Shown here piece by piece: positions 9,201 to 16,839 of a DNA stretch of 43,062 nucleotides. The stretch lies in UHGV virus genome UHGV-1377764; one strand, written 5' to 3'. A program made the position numbers and the translations under genes. The notes under the pieces are model-generated. The model made no database searches, had not been told where the DNA came from, and saw nothing but the letters and a program-made list of their open reading frames with translations. Origin of the DNA: a virus. The stretch's first letter is position 1; each line of letters opens with the position of its first letter.

Positions 9201-9229
9201 AGTATAGCATGTATGGAAACCAGTGTCAA
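9201..9229 (-). promoter_or_regulatory. sigma-A-type early promoter (TTGACA-N17-TATACT) for leftward operon
   Basis: Minus-strand reading: TTGACActggtttccatacatgcTATACTtagttcataagataaagaggagg ATG. Confidence 0.65.
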
Positions 9230-9248
9230 CTGAAAAGATTAAAAATGT

Positions 9249-9592
9249 CATTAATTTTGCGTTTTTGTCACTATATGACACTGAAATGACTTTTTTAAAA
9301 TCGCTCTATCCCTTGATACTCTAAGGATTAGACCAGTTTAGTGACAAAATGACAAAAAAAGTGCCATACTCTTTATATAATATATAATATATAATATATG
9401 CTAATACGCATATTATTTACTTTTTTAGTATTAACTATATAATATTTTGTCATTTTGTCATTATAAAAATAAGAATGTAGGTATATCAAGGGATACAGCG
9501 TTTTCAGGTGTCAAAATTAGTGACAAAACGATGACAAAAATAAGCAATCTAGTGACAAAATGACCATTTTAGGGTGACTTTTTGTCATTAAT
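9249..9592. repeat. control/origin-like region: at least 6 TGACAAAA(T)GACAAAA iteron sites in both orientations, 13-bp inverted repeat TATCCCTTGATAC, and central (TATAA)n AT-rich core
   Basis: Read directly: agtgacaaaatgacaaaaaaa (9340), attttgtcattttgtcatta (9445), agtgacaaaacgatgacaaaaat (9519), agtgacaaaatgacca (9551), tgactttttgtca (9579), tttttgtcac (9262); IR at 9308-9320 / 9484-9497; atataatatataatatataatatat at 9377-9401. Confidence 0.6.
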
Positions 9593-9627
9593 ACTTGGTT
9601 TACTTAACTTACACAGTATCCCTCATA

Positions 9628-9640
9628 TATGATATAATAG
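9628..9640 (+). promoter_or_regulatory. extended -10 promoter motif TATGATATAATAG for rightward operon
   Basis: TGnTATAAT at 9630-9638; weak -35 TTACAC; same 13-mer recurs upstream of many + strand genes. Confidence 0.5.
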
Positions 9641-9661
9641 AAGCAAAGAGGAGGAGATAGA

Positions 9662-9865
9662 ATGAAAGATAATCTTATTGATCTATTAACACTTGCACTT
9701 AGTATCTTACTACTTGTAATAAGTATCATTGGTTTCGGTTACATTGCTATCTATTTAGGCATGAAGTTACCATATGAATTATTCCAACAAGGAGATTGGG
9801 GTTTTGCAATCGCACAACTAGTTATCGTGTGGAGCTGGTTATTATTAGGAGGTAATGGTAAATGA
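9662..9865 (+). CDS. small membrane protein
   Basis: 67 aa, two hydrophobic helices; RBS AGAGGAGGAG. Confidence 0.5.
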   Translation: MKDNLIDLLTLALSILLLVISIIGFGYIAIYLGMKLPYELFQQGDWGFAIAQLVIVWSWLLLGGNGK

Positions 9866-10023
9866 AAAAGATTGAAATCACGTTAGATGAAGAAACTGGT
9901 ATGTATTGTATTGACGAAAAAGTTAATGATAGTTATCAACAAGGAATACGCACCTATGATATTGATGAAGCCTTACTATATCTTGGGAATAGGTTGGAGG
10001 AATTAACTAATGAAAACAGATAA
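9862..10023 (+). CDS. hypothetical small protein (53 aa)
   Basis: ATGA overlap with upstream gene; RBS GGAGGTAATGG; translated by hand MKKIEITLDEETGMYCIDEK... Confidence 0.4.
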   Translation: MKKIEITLDEETGMYCIDEKVNDSYQQGIRTYDIDEALLYLGNRLEELTNENR

Positions 10024-10192
10024 ACAATTATTAGCACTAAATAAAACAGAACTGTTAAAAGAGTATCGTGAGTTAGAAAGTAAACTACAAAACGTAGCAA
10101 CTAATACTAAAGAACCAACACTTGAAGAAGCAATTGAGATAGTAAAGAATCATGACATGATTGTACGTAATAAACAACACTATAACTTCTAG
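10010..10192 (+). CDS. hypothetical protein
   Basis: 60 aa ORF, RBS GGAGGAATTAACTA. Confidence 0.4.
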   Translation: MKTDKQLLALNKTELLKEYRELESKLQNVATNTKEPTLEEAIEIVKNHDMIVRNKQHYNF

Positions 10193-10245
10193 GAGTAATG
10201 AATGAGTTATATGATATCAATACTAAATTAAAGGAGGTGTTTCAT

Positions 10246-10446
10246 TTGCCATATATGTACTGCAATCAAGAAGGATGTAACGAAACAGTTAAGCTACCAG
10301 CACAATACTGTGCCAAACATAAACGCTTAAAGGTACCTGATCCATTACCAGAACCTGAGTCAGTCAAACCGTTACAAGACACAACTCACTTAGACTTATT
10401 AGATAAAGCTAACAAGAGTATGAACACAAAGAAGACTACTAAATAA
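10246..10446 (+). CDS. small Zn-finger protein sharing CxxC-x6-LP-x2-YC-x2-H motif with N-terminus of the HNH endonuclease
   Basis: ORF 10198..10446; probable TTG start 10 nt after AAAGGAGG; YCNQEGCNETVKLPAQYCAKH vs HNH KCAVASCRSYVTLPDHYCDAH. Confidence 0.4.
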   Translation: MPYMYCNQEGCNETVKLPAQYCAKHKRLKVPDPLPEPESVKPLQDTTHLDLLDKANKSMNTKKTTK

Positions 10447-10647
10447 TAGAAATGAGGGTAATTAATATGATTAAACATCACATCACTAAATATAGAACAG
10501 ACGGAGAACAAAGAGTAGTATCATGGTTACAACTAAACCTGTTCAATCGTCAATACTGTTTTTCAATTAAAGACCTAACTATGAATCAAAAGACTACTAA
10601 ATAATGGTAGTCTTTTCTTCTATATAATAGAAGGAAGGAGTAACGCA

Positions 10648-11040
10648 ATGAGACAGCGCAAGTGTGCAGTGGCTTCATGTCGCAGCTATGTAACGCTACC
10701 TGATCACTACTGTGACGCACATCAAGGTCACAACAACAGTCAATATAATAAGCATGTTAGATATAATGATGACAACAAGAAGTATAGTGAGTTCTATCAT
10801 AGTACTCAATGGAGGAATGCACGTAAAGCTAAGCTAATGGAGCAACCACTATGTGAGGTATGCTTAGCACAAGGCAAGTATACCAATGCTGACATGGTTC
10901 ACCATAAGATAGAATTAAGAAGTCCAAACGGATGGAAATATAGACTTGATTTAAATAACTTAGAATCAATATGTTACAAGTGTCACAACAAGGAAGAGCA
11001 TAGCTACAGTTGGAAAAATAGAGGTAGGGAACAGCGCTAA
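10648..11040 (+). CDS. HNH endonuclease (packaging-associated, adjacent to terminase module)
   Basis: 130 aa; HNH core HHKIELRSPNGWKYRLDLNNLESICYKCHNKEEH; position immediately upstream of terS region as in HNH-dependent cos phages. Confidence 0.8.
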   Translation: MRQRKCAVASCRSYVTLPDHYCDAHQGHNNSQYNKHVRYNDDNKKYSEFYHSTQWRNARKAKLMEQPLCEVCLAQGKYTNADMVHHKIELRSPNGWKYRLDLNNLESICYKCHNKEEHSYSWKNRGREQR

Positions 11041-11092
11041 ATCAACAACCACGCAGTCAAAATTATTTTTAGGGAGACCCAAAATGTTTTTA

Positions 11093-11302
11093 CCCGCCCG
11101 CCTTTTTATAACGAATTAATCGCTGCCCCCTCTTCTTCGCATGAAATTCTAAAAATGAACTTTCAAAAACGCCCTTTTCCCCTCGTAAACGTGATTTAAA
11201 CCTGGTTTCTTGTGTTGAAAATCAAGGATTCATACTATATATAGTATGTTATTTCGCTTATACGATTTTTCCCCCTATAAACATGATTGAATCCTGGTTT
11301 CT
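11093..11302. repeat. HNH-terS intergenic region: GC-rich decamer CCCGCCCGCC, second GC island, and two ~35-nt direct repeats (ttttcccctcgtaaacgtgatttaaacctggtttct / tttttccccctataaacatgattgaatcctggtttct); candidate cos / terminase recognition region
   Basis: Read directly; repeats at 11176-11210 and 11265-11302. Confidence 0.45.
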
Positions 11303-11389
11303 CTACACAGGGTTCTTTTTATATGATATAATAGAGCTATATAAGGGAGTTAGCCGTTAACTCAAAAATAAAATAAGGGAGGTTATACA

Positions 11390-11572
11390 ATGCCTGCACC
11401 AAAACCAGTGTACGTAAAAGATTTATCAACTGGGCAGACACGCAAATTCAAATCACAATTCGCAGCAGATGATTTCTATAATAAGAAGCGTGGCTACTTT
11501 AAGGATATTAAAACAAAATTAGGCGGACGCAATCGTCACTTTGAAATTACAGAAGCCCCAAAGGAGGGTTAA
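11390..11572 (+). CDS. hypothetical basic protein
   Basis: 60 aa, RBS AAGGGAGG. Confidence 0.4.
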   Translation: MPAPKPVYVKDLSTGQTRKFKSQFAADDFYNKKRGYFKDIKTKLGGRNRHFEITEAPKEG

Positions 11573-11574
11573 AC

Positions 11575-11868
11575 ATGATTTTATATTATAAGGAAGAGGG
11601 ATACACTTCACTACCTATTGAACAAGTGGAATATAAGCGTATTGAAAATAAAACATATGCTCCTGAGTTTGTTATTGATGGTAAAGAATATGGGGTAGTC
11701 AACCTTATGGAGAGCTATAAAACCTTTGGAGAAGAAGGACACCACCATATGTTAGTAGCTGATGTTGTGTCAGGAGATACAAATTATTTTGCACAATATG
11801 AATTAACTATTGATTATGATGCTAGAGTAATTGTAATTACATTCATCAAAGAAATTAAGGAGGATTAA
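11575..11868 (+). CDS. hypothetical protein
   Basis: 97 aa, RBS AAGGAGGG. Confidence 0.45.
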   Translation: MILYYKEEGYTSLPIEQVEYKRIENKTYAPEFVIDGKEYGVVNLMESYKTFGEEGHHHMLVADVVSGDTNYFAQYELTIDYDARVIVITFIKEIKED

Positions 11869-11870
11869 TT

Positions 11871-12086
11871 ATGGATTTAAGTTATGAAGCAATATCAATG
11901 CGCGTAGATAATATGCTAGATGTAAACACAGGTGGAGAACTCATTAGTAGAGTTACTTATGGCTATCTATGTGGATATTTAAAAGCGTTACTTGAAGCAG
12001 AGATATTAAATGAATATGAATTTTCAAAATTAAAAGAAAAAGTGAATAAACATAAATACACCAACCCGCACTTAAAGGAGGAGTGA
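11871..12086 (+). CDS. hypothetical protein
   Basis: 71 aa, RBS AAGGAGGA. Confidence 0.45.
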   Translation: MDLSYEAISMRVDNMLDVNTGGELISRVTYGYLCGYLKALLEAEILNEYEFSKLKEKVNKHKYTNPHLKEE

Positions 12087-12090
12087 TAAC

Positions 12091-12555
12091 ATGGCAAGAC
12101 CACGAAAATTATTAAACGCTCAGAGTGGTAACTTGACCACTCAGCAACGAGAAGAGCGTGAGAAGGAGGAAGAAGTACTTTATAACTACGAAAAGTTAGA
12201 CTTTAGTTTTTATCCACCAGGTTTATTACCACAAGCATTCAACGAGTGGGATCGCATAGGAGCGTATGTAGGTGATTTGCCTATTTCTGAGTTAGATGTG
12301 AATACAGTCATTAGATATTGCAACTATAATTATCTATACGCTGAAGCAGTAGAGAAGGTGGCTCAAATGGGCGCTATTGACCCTGAGACAGGCAAAGCGA
12401 ACCCTTGGGTTAATGCCATGAACTCCTATTCAAAAGAGCTAAAAACAGCAACCAACGACTTAGGGCTGACAATCAATTCAAGAATGAAAATTATTCTTCC
12501 AGCTGAGAAAGAGAAAGAAGTGATTGATCCATTTGCGAAAATGTTTGAGGGATAA
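12091..12555 (+). CDS. terS: terminase small subunit, P27 family
   Basis: 154 aa; typical P27-family TerS features; RBS AAGGAGGAG; 1 kb downstream of HNH. Confidence 0.7.
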   Translation: MARPRKLLNAQSGNLTTQQREEREKEEEVLYNYEKLDFSFYPPGLLPQAFNEWDRIGAYVGDLPISELDVNTVIRYCNYNYLYAEAVEKVAQMGAIDPETGKANPWVNAMNSYSKELKTATNDLGLTINSRMKIILPAEKEKEVIDPFAKMFEG

Positions 12556-12626
12556 CCTACACAAAACTAATATTGTGTGCTATACTATGTATAGCAAATG
12601 AGTGGTAATCATTAGATACACAATTA

Positions 12627-12654
12627 TCACAAAAGTCGGATTTTGTGATATAAT
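12627..12654 (+). promoter_or_regulatory. promoter with overlapping 8-bp inverted repeat TCACAAAA-N6-TTTTGTGA and extended -10 TGaTATAAT
   Basis: Read directly; would drive transcription into the GC-rich element. Confidence 0.45.
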
Positions 12655-12660
12655 AATTAA

Positions 12661-12990
12661 TAGGTGGCATCTAATACACCTCTCGTGACACCGCAAGCGA
12701 GAGTATGCTAAAACGCGCTCTAATGAGTAGCCATGTGAGAGTTGGAGACCTTAGCTCACAGCGGTAGATAGTGGTTCACCACACTCCACTATAAAAAGGG
12801 TTGCTGTTGGAAACTGAACAGTCGTGGACGGCGCACGTAAACGACCGCTCGCTACAGTGTCTAGCGAATGCGTGATAGTATGACCCTCTTTGACGACAAG
12901 CACGACAAAGCAGTTAGCCACATAACAGAGGGCGTGGAAACCTGCAGATACTACAATCTCCCTAGTCTAGCTAACTAGGGAGTCTTTTTT
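12661..12990 (+). ncRNA. candidate structured non-coding RNA between terS and terL (GC-rich island, no ORF, own promoter and terminator)
   Basis: ~330 nt with many local helices (CTCTCG..CGAGAG, GTGAG..CTCAC, CGTG..CACG) in a 34% GC genome; longest ORF 35 aa without SD; ends in perfect terminator. Confidence 0.4.
12958..12990 (+). terminator. rho-independent terminator (9-bp stem CTCCCTAGT/ACTAGGGAG + T6)
   Basis: Read directly; immediately followed by extended -10 TGTTATAATAG at 12992-13002 and terL RBS. Confidence 0.75.
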
Positions 12991-13022
12991 ATGTTATAAT
13001 AGTATAAAAGGAGGATACATAT

Positions 13023-14795
13023 ATGTTTGATCCAGTACAAGATTATATAGACCTAATTGAAAAAGGATATGTTGAAGGTAAAAAATACATTGTTGAAGAT
13101 GGTAAATATAAGACAATTAAAGTTGACATTCGTGTAGGTAAGAAAATACAAAAAGCGATTGAACGCCATCAAAGAGAAGTAGAATTATCTAAACAGCCAG
13201 ATTATCCATATATTTATAGACCTGATGAAGCATTACCAGTGATTAAATTTATGGAAATGCTTCCTGATCCAAAAAGTCGTAAACCAATGAAGTTAGCAAC
13301 CTTCCAAAAATTCATCATTGGTTTACTATATGGTTGGCGCAAAAAGCGAGATAATACTAGACGTTTTAGAAAGGCATATATATCCCTAGCACGTAAGAAT
13401 GGTAAGTCGTTAATTGTGGCAGGTATTGCACTATATGAGTTTTTGTTTGGTAAAAATCCAGCAGCAAGCCGTCAAGTAGTCGCGGCAGCTAACACAAAAG
13501 AGCAGGCAGGAATCGTTTTCAGAATGCTTAAATCTCAATTAATGGCACTACGCAGCGTATCAAAAGAAGTGAAGAAAAGAACCACTGTGCGTAGATATGA
13601 TATTGAAGCGAGTGATGAATCAACAGTCAAGCCATTATCCAGTGACGCAGACACACTAGATGGCTTAGATGTTTTGTGTGGTATTCTAGATGAGTATGGT
13701 GAAGCTAAAGATACAAGTATTATTGAAGTATTAGAATCATCACAAGCCCAACAAGTGGAAGGTCTAATTTTAATGATATCTACAGCTACAAAAAACTTAA
13801 ATGGTCCTATGTTCACAATAGATTACCAATTTGTTGATAAGCTACTCAATGAAGAAGTGAAAGCTGATGCCTATCTAGCACTATGTTGGGAGATGGATAA
13901 TCTATCAGAAGTAGATGATGAAGCAAACTGGATAAAAGCCAATCCATTATTAGAAATACCAGAGGCTTATGAGTCAATGATGGAGCATAAACGCAACTCA
14001 CTTGATGAATATAAAGGTAAAATGGATTTATCAGGATGGCTTACAAAAGAAGAAAATTTTTGGGTACAATCATCTAAAGATAGTTTTGTAACCAAAGAAG
14101 AGTGGGATTCCGTCAAAGCATCCAATCGTTATGATATTAAGGGTAGAAAAGTATATATTGGGATTGACTTAGCCAGAACATCAGACATGACAGCCGTTTC
14201 ATGGATCATCCCAATAGAAGAAGAACACAAACTATTACTAGATACACATGGTTTTGTATCTTCAGTTGGTGGCATAGACCATAAACAATCAATTGATAAA
14301 ATACCATATAGACAGTATGAGTCAATGAACCTCATTCATATCTCACAACGTGAGGATGGGTTAATAGACACAGAAGAAATGTGTGATTGGATACGTGATT
14401 TTATAGATTATAATGACTTACAACTGGTAGGTATCTACTATGATCCATTTATGATGGATAAAGCTTTAATTAATCTAAGTAAGACCTATCCCAAAAAACT
14501 AATTGAAGTACCACAGAAAATTAACTATTTATCTTCACCAACCAGAGCCCTGCGTGAGTTAATTCGTAGAGGTGAAGTAATACACACAAATAACCCTTTA
14601 TTGAATCGTGCAGCATACAATGCAATGATTAAAGAGTACAATGACAGCGTTGCAATTGATAAGCAAATCAACAGGAATAAAATTGACTCACTTGACGCTA
14701 TAATAAATGCCATGAGTGACGCTCAATATCACGATTATGATGCACCAACATTGCAAGATTTACTAGATAGCGGTGAGTTTGGTTTTGGATACTAA
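13023..14795 (+). CDS. terL: terminase large subunit
   Basis: 590 aa; Terminase_1-like N-terminal ATPase and C-terminal nuclease regions; RBS AAAGGAGGA. Confidence 0.85.
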   Translation: MFDPVQDYIDLIEKGYVEGKKYIVEDGKYKTIKVDIRVGKKIQKAIERHQREVELSKQPDYPYIYRPDEALPVIKFMEMLPDPKSRKPMKLATFQKFIIGLLYGWRKKRDNTRRFRKAYISLARKNGKSLIVAGIALYEFLFGKNPAASRQVVAAANTKEQAGIVFRMLKSQLMALRSVSKEVKKRTTVRRYDIEASDESTVKPLSSDADTLDGLDVLCGILDEYGEAKDTSIIEVLESSQAQQVEGLILMISTATKNLNGPMFTIDYQFVDKLLNEEVKADAYLALCWEMDNLSEVDDEANWIKANPLLEIPEAYESMMEHKRNSLDEYKGKMDLSGWLTKEENFWVQSSKDSFVTKEEWDSVKASNRYDIKGRKVYIGIDLARTSDMTAVSWIIPIEEEHKLLLDTHGFVSSVGGIDHKQSIDKIPYRQYESMNLIHISQREDGLIDTEEMCDWIRDFIDYNDLQLVGIYYDPFMMDKALINLSKTYPKKLIEVPQKINYLSSPTRALRELIRRGEVIHTNNPLLNRAAYNAMIKEYNDSVAIDKQINRNKIDSLDAIINAMSDAQYHDYDAPTLQDLLDSGEFGFGY

Positions 14796-14807
14796 TACAA
14801 CAACTGA

Positions 14808-14836
14808 GGGTATGTTTAAACAGCATACCCTTTTCG
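14808..14836 (+). terminator. hairpin GGGTATG..CATACCC followed by T-rich tract; then extended -10 TGTTAAAAT
   Basis: Read directly after terL stop. Confidence 0.5.
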
Positions 14837-14888
14837 TCTGTTTTGTGTTAAAATAGAGTTAGAAATATCGCAAAAGGAGCGTGAAAAC

Positions 14889-15065
14889 ATGAAATTTGTT
14901 GCGGTTATTGTAGCTGTTTTGTATATAATTAGCGCAGTATTTATCGCTTTATCAGCATTTTTAGTATCAAATATCATAGGTTTATTCATCTGTGGTATAT
15001 TATTCATGATTCCAACAATTGTTTTATATCATGAAGCCACTAATTCAGGAGAAGGGAGGTCATAA
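14889..15065 (+). CDS. small membrane protein (58 aa) between terL and portal
   Basis: Hand translation MKFVAVIVAVLYIISAVFIALSAFLVSNIIGLFICGILFMIPTIVLYHEATNSGEGRS; RBS AAAGGAGCG; its 3' end supplies GGGAGG RBS for portal. Confidence 0.5.
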   Translation: MKFVAVIVAVLYIISAVFIALSAFLVSNIIGLFICGILFMIPTIVLYHEATNSGEGRS

Positions 15066-15068
15066 TAA

Positions 15069-16274
15069 ATGGGATTATTCATAAACAACGGAAACCCAGT
15101 GACCGAGCAACAATTTATTGATTATATCAACACTGGAACAGCTTACACTACCAATTTCACAGGTCTCAAAGCGCTGACAAACTCAGATATTTATACTGGG
15201 GTTAACATTATAGCTGGGGATATTGCTCAGAGTCCATTTAAACCAGCAGCTACAACCTCAGTAGATGATAGTTTGTTATACTTATTAAATAAAGAGCCAA
15301 AGGAAAATCAATCCCACTATACAATGATGTATGCAGTGGTTTCAAACCTTATTTTAACAGGAAACGCATATGTTCTCCTTCATAGACACAATGATGGTAG
15401 TGTGAAAGAGTTAGAATTTGTAGAAACACAACAGGTTAACGTCATTAGAGACCTTGTTACAGGCTTATACAGATATGAAGTTAACATGCCATATGGCAAT
15501 ATTATGTATAAGTGTAACCCACGTGATATTTTACATTTCAAATTAAGTACCACAGATGGCTGGCTAGGACGCTCACCATTGTTATCATTGAATGACGAAA
15601 TATCATTACAAACTAATGGACTAAAAGTGCTAAATAATTTCTTTTCAAAAGGTGTCTTCTCTGGGGGCATTCTTAAGTTATTAAATGGTACAGTCAACAA
15701 CAGTGCTAAGAAACAAATTAGAGACGACTTTGAAGCAGTGAATGGAAACGGTGGAGTTATCGTGATAGATGACTCACAAGAGTTCACTGATAATAAAATC
15801 AATACAGAAGTACTAAAATTGATCCAAGCCAATAAATTTAGTACACAACAGATTGCCAAAGTATTAGGAATTCCAGTAAGTAGGTTTGGTCAAGAATTGG
15901 TCAACTCATCTGACACCAGTCAGAATGACATCTATATTGCAAGTACTATTGCGATGTATGAATCATCTATCTGTGACGAGTTGAATCTAAAATTAGGAGT
16001 AGAGTTAGAGTTAGATTTATCTAAACTACGTCAAGATACAAAAGAAGATAGACTGCGTAGAATTGCAGAAGGAAGAGTGAAGTCTGAATTTGCACAAGCC
16101 TTAACGGTAAATGACGCACGTGAGTATCTTGGTTTTACTGAGATTGAAGGAGGAGAAGCCCTACTTGGTCAAACACCAGAAACAAGTGAAAATAAAACAG
16201 AACAGGATGTGAATGTTAATGAAGAAGAACTTGGAGATCAGAGCCCTACAGACACTGGAGAAGACAGAGGATAA
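15069..16274 (+). CDS. portal protein (HK97-type)
   Basis: 401 aa, position after terL, acidic C-terminus; overall similarity to Phage_portal family. Confidence 0.75.
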   Translation: MGLFINNGNPVTEQQFIDYINTGTAYTTNFTGLKALTNSDIYTGVNIIAGDIAQSPFKPAATTSVDDSLLYLLNKEPKENQSHYTMMYAVVSNLILTGNAYVLLHRHNDGSVKELEFVETQQVNVIRDLVTGLYRYEVNMPYGNIMYKCNPRDILHFKLSTTDGWLGRSPLLSLNDEISLQTNGLKVLNNFFSKGVFSGGILKLLNGTVNNSAKKQIRDDFEAVNGNGGVIVIDDSQEFTDNKINTEVLKLIQANKFSTQQIAKVLGIPVSRFGQELVNSSDTSQNDIYIASTIAMYESSICDELNLKLGVELELDLSKLRQDTKEDRLRRIAEGRVKSEFAQALTVNDAREYLGFTEIEGGEALLGQTPETSENKTEQDVNVNEEELGDQSPTDTGEDRG

Positions 16275-16770
16275 TGTAGTAGAAGGATATGCACTAAAAT
16301 TTAATAAAGAATCACGTAATTTAGGTGGATTTGTGGAAACAATTTCACCAGAAGCATTAGAAGGGGTAGACTTAACAGACGTACGGTGTTTCATGGATCA
16401 TGATTCTAGTAAACTATTAGGACGCACCTCAAGTGGTACACTGGAACTGAACGTAGATGCCATTGGGTTACATTTTCGTTGTGTACTTCCTGACACAAGC
16501 AATGGACGTGACGCAATGGAACTTGTAAAACGTGGTGACCTTAACCAATGCTCATTTGGTTTCACAGTAGCTAAAGACAAATGGATAAAAGGTAAAGACA
16601 TTATGAAACGTTCAATCAACAAAATTGGTTCATTATTAGAAATTTCTCTAGTATCAATTCCAGCATATGATGACACTGATGTACGAGTTGCTACACGCTC
16701 ACTAGAGGAAGCGGTTAATGAATTAGAGAAACAACGATTAGAAGTTGAATTGGAGCTGTTGGGCTTGTAA
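16213..16770 (+). CDS. prohead maturation protease (HK97 family, Peptidase U35/S78)
   Basis: 185 aa; motifs FMDHD and SFGF; overlaps portal 3' end. Confidence 0.75.
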   Translation: MLMKKNLEIRALQTLEKTEDNVVEGYALKFNKESRNLGGFVETISPEALEGVDLTDVRCFMDHDSSKLLGRTSSGTLELNVDAIGLHFRCVLPDTSNGRDAMELVKRGDLNQCSFGFTVAKDKWIKGKDIMKRSINKIGSLLEISLVSIPAYDDTDVRVATRSLEEAVNELEKQRLEVELELLGL

Positions 16771-16839
16771 TTTAAAGCCCACAACTTCTAATATCTATGC
16801 TATAATTAAAACAGAAACCTAGTGAAGGAGTGAGATTGA

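Noticed and set aside
12661-12990. Group I intron or T-box / RNase P interpretation of the GC-rich terS-terL element
   Set aside because: terS and terL both look complete with their own starts and stops, so nothing needs splicing. I could not find T-box (AGGGUGGNACCGCG) or RNase P P4 (AGGAAAGUCC) signatures by eye. Kept only as an unclassified ncRNA candidate.
13535-16784. Minus-strand ORFs within terL, portal and protease genes (13535-13816, 14129-14335, 14525-14713, 15380-15859, 16161-16394, 16398-16784)
   Set aside because: All antisense to strongly supported structural genes in a unidirectional operon.
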